A stretch of DNA of 64,000 nt. Origin: an uncultured Bdellovibrionales bacterium (GTDB lineage Bacteria; Bdellovibrionota_C; UBA2361; SZUA-149; CALKYB01). Every line of letters starts with the position of its first letter. Position 1 is the stretch's first letter. Of this stretch, positions 25,547 through 35,672 are shown piece after piece. The notes under the pieces were generated by a model. The model had not been told where the DNA came from and searched no databases. It saw only the letters and a list, made by a program, of their open reading frames with translations. Position numbers and translations under genes: made by a program. The DNA lies in contig CAZECN010000005.1 in NCBI GenBank assembly GCA_964510575.1, positions 18,518-82,517 on the forward strand. Direction: 5' to 3'.

Positions 25547-26306
25547 TCGTCAACCTACTTAATTGCGAAGAGGCTATCGGTAAGTCATTTCTACTCAGCT
25601 CAAATAGCCCAATTGTTTGGTTTGGTACTGATGAAGGACCTTCGGTGTGGTAACTTCTAGTCCCAGTACTTAAAGTCACTTCAATGCCGTCTATCGATTG
25701 GCCTGAATCGTTAAAAATCATAAAGGAGCCCGAGACTAAGGCTCCTTCTTGGTCGAGCTGCAAATCTTGATCTTCCAAAAGGAGGTTATGAGAGGTGTTA
25801 TTCTGAAGTTTGGCTTCTGGGTTCAGTATAACAATCGGATTTGGATTGACCCTTGGTCTTTCGACCTCAGGTTTTAGTCTACTTCTTTTTTTTGATTGTT
25901 CTGCCTCTGTGTTGGCAGCACTCTGTTTAGGTTGTTCCGATCTATTATCTACTTGGTCTTTGGTTTTTTCAGTTGAGTTTGGCTCAGTTAATTCTGGCCC
26001 AGCGGGCTTTGGAACTTCAATGTCAATTTCCTTAGTAGTCACGGGGAGGGAGTCAGTTTTAGGCGTTTGAACCTTAGAGGGAGCATCGGGGTTGATTCCG
26101 TAACCTTTCAAAAGTTTTTTAGATGAGTATGTGGAGTATGTTTTAGGAGCTAGAGCTTTTTTTCTTATCGAACCTTTTGGAGGTTTTGTGCCGTAATGAA
26201 CTCTACCATCTCTATCTTCCCAAGAATAAACCTCGGCACTGGCAGAAGTTAGTGGGAGAACGAGGAGTAGAACCAAGATAGGCGAAAAATAGTTTCTTAT
26301 CTTCAT
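25524..26306 (-). CDS. Secreted DUF4124-domain protein with low-complexity Pro/Glu/Lys-rich tail
   Basis: Signal peptide, then EVYSWEDRDGRVHYGTKPP (DUF4124 signature). Confidence 0.55.
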   Translation of the reverse strand: MKIRNYFSPILVLLLVLPLTSASAEVYSWEDRDGRVHYGTKPPKGSIRKKALAPKTYSTYSSKKLLKGYGINPDAPSKVQTPKTDSLPVTTKEIDIEVPKPAGPELTEPNSTEKTKDQVDNRSEQPKQSAANTEAEQSKKRSRLKPEVERPRVNPNPIVILNPEAKLQNNTSHNLLLEDQDLQLDQEGALVSGSFMIFNDSGQSIDGIEVTLSTGTRSYHTEGPSSVPNQTIGLFELSRNDLPIASSQLSRLTIRVSAKN

Positions 26307-26507
26307 TAGACTGGTCTGTGAAAAAGATAGTATTTACGAAGTTTTTTCGGTCAACTATAGGCTTTTTGCCACTACAAATCTATTTTTCTAAAAACTAAAT
26401 TTTAGTGATGAGTTCTTAATGCTACAGGTATTGACAACTCTAGGGAATCTTAAGACTTTTATTTTTAAGTTTTCCACAGTTTGAAAATCGAAGAAGAGGG
26501 AAGGGCA

Positions 26508-27227
26508 ATGGGAAGAGTTGACGGAAGAGAACAAGACCAGCTTAGAACTGTTTCAATTAGAACAGGAGTGAACCCCTATGCTGAGGGGTCGGCTGAAATT
26601 CGCTGTGGTAACACTGTTGTTCTGACTACTGTGTCAGTTGAGGATGATGTTCCGCGCTGGATGGAGGATGCTTCTCAGGGGTGGATTACCGCGGAGTATG
26701 GAATGCTTCCTAGATCCACTCACAGCCGAATGAGAAGAGAAGCCTCTGGTGGAAAGCAATCAGGTCGAACAGTAGAGATTCAAAGGTTGATCGGACGTTC
26801 CCTCAGGCAAGCGGTGAGTTTGTCGGATATTCCTGGACTTTCCTTCAGAGTTGACTGTGACGTGTTAGCTGCTGATGGAGGTACTCGATGTGCTTCTATT
26901 ACGGGTGCTTGGGTTGCACTGGTTTCCGCTATCGATTGGTGCGTTCAACAGGGGCGATTAAAATCACGCCCTGCTATAAATCAAGTCGCTGCCCTCTCTC
27001 TTGGTGGCAAAGATGGCAAGCTTTTGCTTGACCTTTGTTATGAAGAGGACTCTTCAACGGACTTTGACTTGAACCTAGTTTTTTGTGGTTCAGATGCCTT
27101 GGTTGAAGTTCAAGGCACTGGTGAAAAAAGAGCAGTGGGGCTTAATGAATTCCCTGAGCTTTTTGATTTAGGAAAAAAGGGTATTTTGGAGCTTTTTAAA
27201 GCTCAAAGCCAGGCGTTAGAATCCTAA
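26508..27227 (+). CDS. rph: Ribonuclease PH
   Basis: MGRVDGREQDQLRTV...GWITAEYGMLPRSTHSRMRREASGGKQSGRTVEIQRLIGRSLR...DCDVLAADGGTRCASITGAWVAL is closely RNase PH-like. Start set at the internal M of the longer six-frame ORF. Confidence 0.9.
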   Translation: MGRVDGREQDQLRTVSIRTGVNPYAEGSAEIRCGNTVVLTTVSVEDDVPRWMEDASQGWITAEYGMLPRSTHSRMRREASGGKQSGRTVEIQRLIGRSLRQAVSLSDIPGLSFRVDCDVLAADGGTRCASITGAWVALVSAIDWCVQQGRLKSRPAINQVAALSLGGKDGKLLLDLCYEEDSSTDFDLNLVFCGSDALVEVQGTGEKRAVGLNEFPELFDLGKKGILELFKAQSQALES

Positions 27228-27853
27228 TGTCAGCTAAGATCTTTTTTGCGACTAGCAATGATGGGAAGTTAAAAGAATTAGCTTCTATTGCTGAAGAGTT
27301 TGGACTTTCCTACCTAACGCCTAAATCGCCGGAGTTTGAGAATCGTGGACCTTGGCCAGAAGTTGAAGAAAAATACAGTACTTTTTTTGAGAATGCTCGG
27401 GAGAAGGCAGAGGCCTGGTGTAGGTGGTCAGGCTTGCCCACCGTTGCTGATGATTCTGGATTAGAAGTCTTAGCCTTGGATGGTTTCCCCGGCGTCCGCT
27501 CAGCAAGATGGGCGGGGTCTGGTGTGGGTGACTTAGAGCGCTGCCAACTTTTGCTGGAAAAAATGAAAGAGGAAGGACTCGCGGAAGATAAGGCTGATCG
27601 CCGGGCGCAGTTTAGATGCTCGCTGGTTTGTGTCTATCCAGAGTCCGAAGGACGTGACACCCTAAGTTCAGAGGGAATTTTAAAGGGCACTATTCTTAAA
27701 GAACCAAAGGGCAGCGGGGGCTTTGGTTATGATCCAATTGTGTTTATCGATAGGCTAGAACGAACCCTTGCCGAGATAGATTTTACTGAGACCCTCCAGG
27801 TAGGCTTTAGGGCCAAAGCAGCCCGAGAGCTATTTTCCCAAATGGTTGATTAA
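27227..27853 (+). CDS. rdgB: Non-canonical purine NTP pyrophosphatase (RdgB/Ham1 family)
   Basis: KIFFATSNDGKLKEL...VADDSGLEVLALDGFPGVRSARWAG...GGFGYDPIFF-like motif (GGFGYDPIVFI). Confidence 0.85.
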   Translation: MSAKIFFATSNDGKLKELASIAEEFGLSYLTPKSPEFENRGPWPEVEEKYSTFFENAREKAEAWCRWSGLPTVADDSGLEVLALDGFPGVRSARWAGSGVGDLERCQLLLEKMKEEGLAEDKADRRAQFRCSLVCVYPESEGRDTLSSEGILKGTILKEPKGSGGFGYDPIVFIDRLERTLAEIDFTETLQVGFRAKAARELFSQMVD

Positions 27854-27947
27854 ACCTGACAAGAAAAGTGCAGAAAATCTTTCAGTTGCTTTTATTGAAT
27901 AGCGCGGTTAGTTTGCCCACCGGTCAGGGAGAGCTCTTCTCCCTTCA

Positions 27948-28024
<77 letters not shown>

Positions 28025-28089
28025 TTTTCTCCCTTGTTTCTCATATTGGCTTGGAAGCTACATTCTGGCCTTTGTTATTGATATTTTTG

Positions 28090-28599
28090 ATGCAGGAACC
28101 TCGGCCTCATGGTACTTGTTTTGCCATGTACAACCCTTGGTCCCATTCATTACTAGCAGTGTTATCACTGCTTTACTTTCTTTCTCCAGTGGATCTGGTT
28201 CCTGATAGTAGCTTGGTATTTGGTTGGATCGATGATTTGGCTATTTTGGCCATAGCCTATTATCACTGGCGGTCTGTAAATAGTGGTTATTTCTTTGCTG
28301 ATGCCTCAGAGAGTAGCAGTAAAGCCCGCAGCTATTATAGCGAGAGTGATTATAGTGAACCTAAGGAAGACAGCAATAATAAGAGGGCTTCGAAGATCAG
28401 GGTGAGCTTGCCCGGTGACCCATATTTGGTTCTAGGGCTTCAGGCTCCTGCTTCTCAATCTGAGATAAAGAGGGCTTTCAAAAGACTGGCTATTGAGAAT
28501 CATCCTGACAAGTTCACTTGCACTAACTCTAAGTCCAAAGCGCACGAGCGAATGGTTAATATTTCTAAAGCTTACTCTCGGCTTAAGAAAGTCGGTTGA
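28090..28599 (+). CDS. Membrane DUF1232 (YkvA-like) protein with C-terminal DnaJ (J) domain
   Basis: LAVLSLLYFLSPVDLVPDSSLVFGWIDDLAILAIAYYHW (DUF1232); J-domain DPYLVLGLQAPASQSEIKRAFKRLAIENHPDKF. The six-frame ORF start at 27991 overlaps the tRNA, so the start was moved to an internal Met (28090 or 28126). Confidence 0.5.
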   Translation: MQEPRPHGTCFAMYNPWSHSLLAVLSLLYFLSPVDLVPDSSLVFGWIDDLAILAIAYYHWRSVNSGYFFADASESSSKARSYYSESDYSEPKEDSNNKRASKIRVSLPGDPYLVLGLQAPASQSEIKRAFKRLAIENHPDKFTCTNSKSKAHERMVNISKAYSRLKKVG

Positions 28600-28661
28600 T
28601 TTTTCGCGTTGAAAGCCTCATAACTGCCACTTTTTTCTAACCTTACTTTATAAAGATTCCA

Positions 28662-30470
28662 GTGAATACCAACTCTCAAATCAGAAATATCGCAATCATC
28701 GCTCACGTTGACCACGGGAAAACAACGTTGGTCGACCAAATGCTAAAACAAAGCGGAACCTTCGGTCGTGGAGAAGGAGACCAAGACCGGGTAATGGACA
28801 GCGGTGAGTTGGAACGAGAAAGAGGGATTACTATATCTGCTAAAAACTGTTCAGTAGATGTTGATGGCGTAAAGGTTAACATTATCGATACTCCGGGCCA
28901 TGCCGACTTTGGTGGAGAGGTTGAGCGAGGCTTGATGATGGTTGATGGGGTGGTGCTACTAGTAGATGCCTCGGAAGGACCTTTGCCGCAGACGCGCTTT
29001 GTTCTTGAGAAAGCTCTGAAAGCTGGACTAAAAATAATAGTTCTTCTTAATAAGATCGACAGAAAAGACGCAAGGCCTTCAGAGGTGCTTGATGAAGTTT
29101 ACGATCTTTTTATTGATTTAGGAGCAAACGATCAGCAAATCGAATTTCCGGTTCTTTATGCCATTGGTAAAGACGGAATTGCTCAAAAAACTCTTGAAGA
29201 GCCAAACGATAACTTGAAGCCTCTTTTTGAGATAATTCTTAAAGAGGTTCCACCTCCCTCCGGTGATGCAGATGCGCCTCTTCAAATATTAGTTTCTAAT
29301 CTAGGTTACTCTGACTACTTGGGCAGACTTGCAATTGGTAAAGTTATAAATGGTCGAGTTAAAGTTAAAGAAACAGTTCACTGCTTAAAAGCAGGCGAAG
29401 AAGTAGTTAAAGTAAAAGTTTCTGGTGTTCAGAAATATGGTGGACTTGGTCTAGCAGACGCTGAAGTTGTTGAGGCAGGGGATATCGCCATCATTGCTGG
29501 ATCAGAAAAGGTCGATATAGGTGATACCATTGCTTCTGTTGATATTACAGAGCCTCTACCTCGAATCGAAATTGATGAACCTACGATTTCAATGTTTTTT
29601 GGAACTAACACCTCTCCTTTTGCTGGAATGGAGGGAGAGTTTGTTCAGGCCAGAAAAATAGAAGAAAGATTGCTCAAGGAAACCAGAAACAACGTAGCCT
29701 TATCTCTGGAGAAAAACGGCGAAGCTTTCACTGTAAAAGGCCGAGGTGAGTTTCAAATGGCAATTCTCGCTGAGCAAATGAGACGCGAAGGTTTTGAATT
29801 CACCATTGGCCGTCCTCAGATTATTTTCAAAGAAGAGAATGGCCAGAAGCTTGAGCCGGTAGAGAGCGTGGTGATTGATGTTGATGAGGAATACACCGGG
29901 ATTATTACTGAAAAGCTTGCTGCCAGAAAGGGTAGTGTTACAAACATAGTAAATAATGGAACTGGTAGGGTTCGATTAGAATTTAAAGTTCCTTCAAGAG
30001 GTTTAGTCGGTTACCGGGGAGAATTTCTTACAGACACTAGAGGAACCGGGCTTTTGAACGCCAGTTTAGAATCCTTTGAGCCTTATATGGGTGACATTAG
30101 TTCAAGAAGAACAGGGGGGATTATTTCTGATAGGCAAGGTGAAGCCGTTGCCTACGGACTTTTTTACCTAGAGCCGAGAGGAAAGCTTTTTGTTAGACCT
30201 GGAGATCGGGTTTATCAGGGGATGATTGTTGGAGAGCATGCCAAGGATACAGAGCTGTTTGTAAATCCAACAAAAGAGAAAAAGCTTTCTAATATGAGAG
30301 CCTCAGGTAAGGATCAAAACATTACTCTTACTCCTGTAATTCCAATGACTATTGAGAAGGCCATTGAATTCATCGAGGATGATGAAATGGTTGAGGTTAC
30401 TCCTGAGAATATTCGTCTTAGAAAAGTTGACCTCAGTGCTAAGCAGGAGCGAAAGAATAAAAAAGCTTGA
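28662..30470 (+). CDS. typA: Ribosome-associated translational GTPase TypA/BipA
   Basis: IRNIAIIAHVDHGKTTLVDQMLKQSG...DTPGHADFGGEVER...NKIDR; 602 aa, full-length BipA-like. Confidence 0.92.
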   Translation: MNTNSQIRNIAIIAHVDHGKTTLVDQMLKQSGTFGRGEGDQDRVMDSGELERERGITISAKNCSVDVDGVKVNIIDTPGHADFGGEVERGLMMVDGVVLLVDASEGPLPQTRFVLEKALKAGLKIIVLLNKIDRKDARPSEVLDEVYDLFIDLGANDQQIEFPVLYAIGKDGIAQKTLEEPNDNLKPLFEIILKEVPPPSGDADAPLQILVSNLGYSDYLGRLAIGKVINGRVKVKETVHCLKAGEEVVKVKVSGVQKYGGLGLADAEVVEAGDIAIIAGSEKVDIGDTIASVDITEPLPRIEIDEPTISMFFGTNTSPFAGMEGEFVQARKIEERLLKETRNNVALSLEKNGEAFTVKGRGEFQMAILAEQMRREGFEFTIGRPQIIFKEENGQKLEPVESVVIDVDEEYTGIITEKLAARKGSVTNIVNNGTGRVRLEFKVPSRGLVGYRGEFLTDTRGTGLLNASLESFEPYMGDISSRRTGGIISDRQGEAVAYGLFYLEPRGKLFVRPGDRVYQGMIVGEHAKDTELFVNPTKEKKLSNMRASGKDQNITLTPVIPMTIEKAIEFIEDDEMVEVTPENIRLRKVDLSAKQERKNKKA

Positions 30471-30610
30471 GCTACTAATTTACAGAAGTTTTATTAGTGG
30501 GGGGGGGTAGATCCAGTAAGCGCCGGGTTGTTTTTTGCCTAAGTTCTTTAAAAGGAGGGGGATACTTAGTTGTATCACTTTTTTACCTTCATTGCCCTCC
30601 AGTGTCTCTT

Positions 30611-30904
30611 CTAGATCGTGTTCCAGGCTAGGTAAGCTACTAAAACTGAACCGACTGCCGCTAGGGTCAAAACACCGTATATTTCGGTCGATTTTAATGC
30701 TTCTCCGGGTCCCAGATCATTTTGGATAGTTGGTTGCCAGACTAGTCCAGAAACTAGATGTATTGCAAGGGTCACTGAACTCATCTTCAGTGACTCCAGA
30801 GCTTTTTCTGTCTCTAGAGTTAAGCCATGCAACGCGACTACTGCCGTCACAATTGCTGAAGCTATCGTTAGAAGTGTCAAAAATCCGCGGTTTCGGTCGG
30901 ACAT
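30611..30904 (-). CDS. Small hypothetical membrane protein
   Basis: 97-aa ORF with two hydrophobic helices; no known domain recognised. Confidence 0.35.
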   Translation of the reverse strand: MSDRNRGFLTLLTIASAIVTAVVALHGLTLETEKALESLKMSSVTLAIHLVSGLVWQPTIQNDLGPGEALKSTEIYGVLTLAAVGSVLVAYLAWNTI

Positions 30905-31114
30905 GTCAAATTACTCTATGTGAATGGTCACTATCAAAAACACTGATCATTCACACAAAAACCTATAAAGAGAACTCAAGTGTTCCCCCTCTTTGGTGGA
31001 GTTTAGCTAATTTTTAAGTCTTTACAAGTTTACTGGTAATCGGGCGTAATTTTTATATAATTTATTTTTAAACTGTCAGCCTGGTTAGAAAAAGTAGAAT
31101 TCAGTTCCTTAAGC

Positions 31115-32032
31115 TTAGATAAGGGTACTGCCGAGAGCTGACTCTATTAGGGATACAGCCAAATCAGCTGTTATGTTCTCTCTATCTAATTCTGGGTTCA
31201 ACTCCACTAATTCAAAACTTTTCATGAGATTTGATTCGTAAAGTAATTCCACAATTAAGTGAGCTTCTCTGAAGTTTAGGCCACCCCGTATAGGTGTTTG
31301 AGTCCCTGGAACGATCCTAGGGTCGCAGACGTCTAAGTCAAAAGATACTACAAAACCATCAGTGCCTTTCGACGCTGTTTCAATTGCTTGCTCAACGGTC
31401 TTTTGGATTCCGTTTAGATCAATGTCTTTAATAGTATGAGCAGAAATTTTATTTTCCTTGATAATTTTACGCTCACCTGGGTCAACATCTCTTAGCCCAA
31501 TGAAAGCTATGTTCTCAAGAGGGATGGGTGCTACAGGTTTAAAAGTTCCTTCTATTAGACCAGCAAGGAAAGCAACTGACATGCCAAATGCTCTTTTACT
31601 AGGGCTCGTAGCAGGAAAGTTAATATCACTATGGGTGTCGATCCAGATTAGCCCAGTTTTTTTGCCTTCCTGTTCACGTTTCTCAGAAACTGCAGCAACG
31701 CTTCCGATTGAAACCGAATGGTCACCCCCAATAATCAGAGGAAATTTCTCTTCGGTCAAAATATTAGAGACAAGAGATTTTATATTCTGGGTGGCTTGGA
31801 GTACTTCAGCTACGTCCTTAATCCCACTTTCTTCAGTGGTAAAACTATTTTTAGCTACTATCTCAGCAGCAGTCGAATTTGCATTACCGAAATCTGTTAC
31901 ATCCAGGTTTAAGCGGCTAAGCCTATCTAGGAGGTTTCTGCCTCTAACTGTGTCAGGGCCGGCAGCGCTTCCTGTAATGATTCCGCCCTTATCAAAGCTA
32001 TAGCCAGCTAGGCCAATCTTTTTAATATCCAT
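31115..32032 (-). CDS. Arginase/agmatinase/formiminoglutamase family ureohydrolase
   Basis: Metal-binding motifs GGDHSVSIG, IWIDTHSDIN, SFDLDVCDP characteristic of the arginase fold. Confidence 0.75.
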   Translation of the reverse strand: MDIKKIGLAGYSFDKGGIITGSAAGPDTVRGRNLLDRLSRLNLDVTDFGNANSTAAEIVAKNSFTTEESGIKDVAEVLQATQNIKSLVSNILTEEKFPLIIGGDHSVSIGSVAAVSEKREQEGKKTGLIWIDTHSDINFPATSPSKRAFGMSVAFLAGLIEGTFKPVAPIPLENIAFIGLRDVDPGERKIIKENKISAHTIKDIDLNGIQKTVEQAIETASKGTDGFVVSFDLDVCDPRIVPGTQTPIRGGLNFREAHLIVELLYESNLMKSFELVELNPELDRENITADLAVSLIESALGSTLI

Positions 32033-32153
32033 ATCTTATAAGTAAATTTTTCAACTTTCCGATTCTGTTATTTTAATGTCTCTTTTGCTATTCTAGCCAG
32101 CACAATCTCGACCCATTTGAGAGTAGTTTGGAAACTTTAAAATAGGAAATTTC

Positions 32154-32441
32154 ATGTCAGATAGAACGGTTAACTGTAAGAAATTGGGTAAGGAACTTCC
32201 AGGCCTTGCAGAAGCTCCTTTTGAAGGGGAGCTGGGACAGGAGATATTGGATAATGTTTCGCAGGAGGCATGGACTCTCTGGAATGATGATATGATGATT
32301 AAGGTCATCAATGAATATCGGCTTAACCTCGCTGACCAAGAGCATCATGATGTGCTTATTAAGCAAATGAGAGCATTTCTCGGTTTGGATGAAGGTGGAG
32401 AAGGGCTGCTCCAAGTCGAAAATCCTGAACGAGGCCAGTAG
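32154..32441 (+). CDS. yggX: Fe(II)-trafficking / oxidative-damage protection protein YggX family
   Basis: MSDRTVNCKKLGKELPGL...FEGELGQEILDNVSQEAWTLWNDDMMIKVINEYRLNL parallels E. coli YggX; ~90 aa. Confidence 0.7.
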   Translation: MSDRTVNCKKLGKELPGLAEAPFEGELGQEILDNVSQEAWTLWNDDMMIKVINEYRLNLADQEHHDVLIKQMRAFLGLDEGGEGLLQVENPERGQ

Positions 32442-32452
32442 TTGCCTCTGCC

Positions 32453-34417
32453 TTGATGGCAACTGACTTTTTTCAAAAACAGGAAGCAGCAAAGGTAAAT
32501 ACCTTTTGGCTTGTCTCATGCCTGTTGCTGGGGCTCTTAGTTCTAAACCTAGCGATCTACTTGGCTGTTGTTGTCATTTTTACTCTTTTTAGATCTGGAC
32601 CAGTAAGGGTCGATAGGTCTGGCGAGCTAGCTAGCTCTTTGTTTCAGCCTGATATTCTAGTTATTACGGTTCCTTTTATAACAGGGTTGATTGTTCTTTG
32701 CAGCCTTTACCGAATGTTCACATTGCGAGGTGGTGGTCAAAAAGTTGCTGAAGGACTTGGGGGAGTTCTTATTCACCCTGATACAACTGATGTTGAAGAG
32801 AAACGTCTTATCAATGTTGTCGAAGAGATGGCTATTGCCTCAGGTATGCCAGTTCCTCCGGTTTATTACTTGCCTCGTGAAAGAGGTATAAACGCTTTTG
32901 CTGCAGGTTTTACCACGAGGGATGCTGTTATAGGTGTCAATCGCGGAACTTTAAAGCATCTTACAAGGGATGAACTTCAAGGTGTGATTGCCCATGAATT
33001 TAGCCACATACTGAACGGAGATATGAGGCTTAATTTGAGGTTGATGGGAGTTCTATTCGGACTTATTGCCCTAGGTATTTTCGGGAGACTTTTGGTTAGA
33101 GTTAGTCAGCGCAGAAGTTGGGATGACAGAGACAATGGAACACCACATCTCTTAGTATTAGGGTTGGTGGTTTCAGTCCTTGGATATTTAGGCCACTTAG
33201 TTAGTTCTGTTATTAAAGCTGCAATTTCAAGACAAAGAGAATACCTAGCAGATGCCTCTGCAGTTCAGTTTACTCGTAGTCCCGATGGTATCGCTGGGGC
33301 GCTAAAAAAAATTGGAGGTTATGTTGAAAGCTCCAAGGTAGATAATCCTTCCGTTGAGGAAGCAAGTCACATGTTTTTTGCGCTTCCTGTTGTTCCGAGG
33401 TTTCAAAGATTATTTTCTACCCATCCACCTTTAGTTTCCCGAATTCAGGCCATTGACCCATTATTTGATGGTGAGTTTCCTGCCTTAGATGGTAAATCCT
33501 ATTCATCGCAAAAATCTTTGGCTAGCAGTTTTTCTGGGGCTGAGTCTGCCAAGTTAGAGCCTGAACCATTGCTAGAACGAGTGGGTACTTTGGGTTGGGA
33601 ACAAACTCTTCTTTCTAAGCAAATTATTGAATCAATTCCAATTGGCTTGAAGAGAGCTGCAGGAGAACCTCATGGGGCGTGTTCTTTAGTTTTTGCCTTA
33701 TTGCTTGATGAGCAAGATCCTGAAGTTATGAGAAAGCAACTTTCTGTCATAGATCAGAGGTTACCTTTTGGAATGTCTAGAGAGATTTCTGGTTTGATTG
33801 GGGATGCCCGGCAACTTAAGCCGGCTTTGAAACTTCCAGTTGTAGAGCTTGCTTTGTCTAGTTTAAGGCAATTGAGTCAATCTCAATATCTTGGTTTCAG
33901 TCAAATAGTTCGAGAGCTTGCTAGTTTAGATAAAAATATTTCAGTCTTTGACTATGTGCTGCAGGTGATTTTGCTAAGAAGCTTGGAGCCAGTTTATAAA
34001 GGCCGAATATCAAAGAGGGTTAGGTATCGTTCGCTTTTCTCCCTAAAAAGGCAGGCAGCAACAGTTCTATCTGTTCTTTCAGCTGCGGCCACCAAACAAA
34101 TAAATAATTCATCAGCCAGTGAACAGAGTACACAGGCTTTAAAACGAAAAACTTTCCTTGCTGCGATTAGCCAGTTAGAAGAATTGGGTAAAAGTGATTT
34201 TCAAGATTTAGGCCTTTGTCTAAAGTCTCTAGATCAGGCTTTAGCGGCTTTAGCTCTGGCCTCACCAAGTATTAAGAAACGGGTGGTTGCTGCAGCGATC
34301 GCTTCTATTAACTTGGATCAACAGGTGACTGTGATAGAGCTAGAATTGTTGCGAGCAGTTTGCGAGAGTTTGGACTGTCCGATACCACCTTTTATCCGAA
34401 ATTTTAGAGATAGCTAA
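32453..34417 (+). CDS. Membrane-anchored M48-family zinc metalloprotease (HtpX-like) with long C-terminal extension
   Basis: N-terminal TMs; HEFSHILNGD (HExxH) and downstream Glu ligand region; 654 aa. Confidence 0.65.
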   Translation: MMATDFFQKQEAAKVNTFWLVSCLLLGLLVLNLAIYLAVVVIFTLFRSGPVRVDRSGELASSLFQPDILVITVPFITGLIVLCSLYRMFTLRGGGQKVAEGLGGVLIHPDTTDVEEKRLINVVEEMAIASGMPVPPVYYLPRERGINAFAAGFTTRDAVIGVNRGTLKHLTRDELQGVIAHEFSHILNGDMRLNLRLMGVLFGLIALGIFGRLLVRVSQRRSWDDRDNGTPHLLVLGLVVSVLGYLGHLVSSVIKAAISRQREYLADASAVQFTRSPDGIAGALKKIGGYVESSKVDNPSVEEASHMFFALPVVPRFQRLFSTHPPLVSRIQAIDPLFDGEFPALDGKSYSSQKSLASSFSGAESAKLEPEPLLERVGTLGWEQTLLSKQIIESIPIGLKRAAGEPHGACSLVFALLLDEQDPEVMRKQLSVIDQRLPFGMSREISGLIGDARQLKPALKLPVVELALSSLRQLSQSQYLGFSQIVRELASLDKNISVFDYVLQVILLRSLEPVYKGRISKRVRYRSLFSLKRQAATVLSVLSAAATKQINNSSASEQSTQALKRKTFLAAISQLEELGKSDFQDLGLCLKSLDQALAALALASPSIKKRVVAAAIASINLDQQVTVIELELLRAVCESLDCPIPPFIRNFRDS

Positions 34418-34423
34418 CGAAAT

Positions 34424-35443
34424 ATGTCTATAGAAAAAGCAGATACTTTAGAATTTCAGGTTGAAGGTTATCAAGACCTAGAAGTGTCCACTCAAATAAT
34501 TATCAAAGAAGCACTTGAGCGAGGACATTCTGTAGAAGTTCTAGATAGAGCCAATAATTTTATAAGAATTAAAAATGATGAGAAGTCAGAATTAATTCAG
34601 CAAGCCACCAAGACTCGACTCGATTCTTATATGACCTACTTGGTTATGGAGAACAAAGTCATTACCAAACTGGTGCTTGGAGAGGCAGGGGTTAGGGTTC
34701 CAGCAGGAGGTCATTATGAGAGTTTTGAAGAAGCGTCTAAAAGTTTCGATAATTTCGATGGCCAAGACATAGTTATTAAGCCTGTTACAACTAATTTTGG
34801 CATTGGGGTTAATTTACTAAGTGCTCCTTTCTCCAAGGCTAAATTTGAAACTACTCTTAAATCCGCTTTTGAGCATGATAGCTCGGTTATAATTGAGAGC
34901 TTGGTGGAAGGAAAAGAATATCGTTTTCTAGTGATTGGTGGAAAAGTTCTAGCTGTATGTCATCGAGTTCCAGCTAATGTTGTTGGTGATGGTAAGCATA
35001 CTCTCAAAGAACTGGTTGAAATAAAGAATCAGGACCCTCGGCGTGGCAAGGGGCACAAAAAACCTCTTGAGTTAATTGATACCGGAGAGGTTGAAACTGC
35101 CTGCCTTAAAGACCAAGGTCATGACTGGAGTCACGTCCCCGAAGAGTCAGAGCAGGTATTTCTACGTGCGAACTCAAATATAAGCACTGGCGGAGACTCA
35201 ATTGATTTCACTGATAAAGTGAATCAGGCCTATTTTGAAATTGCTGAAAAGGCCGCTACAGCTGTTGGAAGCGAGATCACTGGTATTGATATGATGATCA
35301 AGGATCCTTCCGAGAAGCCTCATTTCTCAAACCATGCTGTGATCGAGGCTAACTTCAACCCTGTGCTCTTTATTCATCAATACCCCTATCAGGGAGAAAA
35401 TCGAGATGTTGGTGCAGCCGTCTTAGATCTTCTAGGTCTTTAA
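34424..35443 (+). CDS. ATP-grasp domain protein (RimK/GshB/cyanophycin-synthetase-like ligase)
   Basis: Central ATP-grasp-like region (DIVIKPVTTNFGIGVNLL...EYRFLVIGGKVLAVCHR...); exact substrate not inferable. Confidence 0.5.
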   Translation: MSIEKADTLEFQVEGYQDLEVSTQIIIKEALERGHSVEVLDRANNFIRIKNDEKSELIQQATKTRLDSYMTYLVMENKVITKLVLGEAGVRVPAGGHYESFEEASKSFDNFDGQDIVIKPVTTNFGIGVNLLSAPFSKAKFETTLKSAFEHDSSVIIESLVEGKEYRFLVIGGKVLAVCHRVPANVVGDGKHTLKELVEIKNQDPRRGKGHKKPLELIDTGEVETACLKDQGHDWSHVPEESEQVFLRANSNISTGGDSIDFTDKVNQAYFEIAEKAATAVGSEITGIDMMIKDPSEKPHFSNHAVIEANFNPVLFIHQYPYQGENRDVGAAVLDLLGL

Positions 35444-35672
35444 GGTGGAGAGCTCGATTAGAGCTATCGCTATACTGCGCCTAAATATTAAATATTATCA
35501 GTTAATTTTGGCCATGAGCACGATAAAGACCACAGCTGCCAAATTGTCCTAAAAAGTTGCAAAAAAATAGGTAGAGAGCTAAGTAGGGCGCGTAAATTAG
35601 TAGGAGATATTCTTATTAGTTCACAGCCCCGATTAGAAATAATTTGTTAATCCAGAACTGTTTATTATTTAC

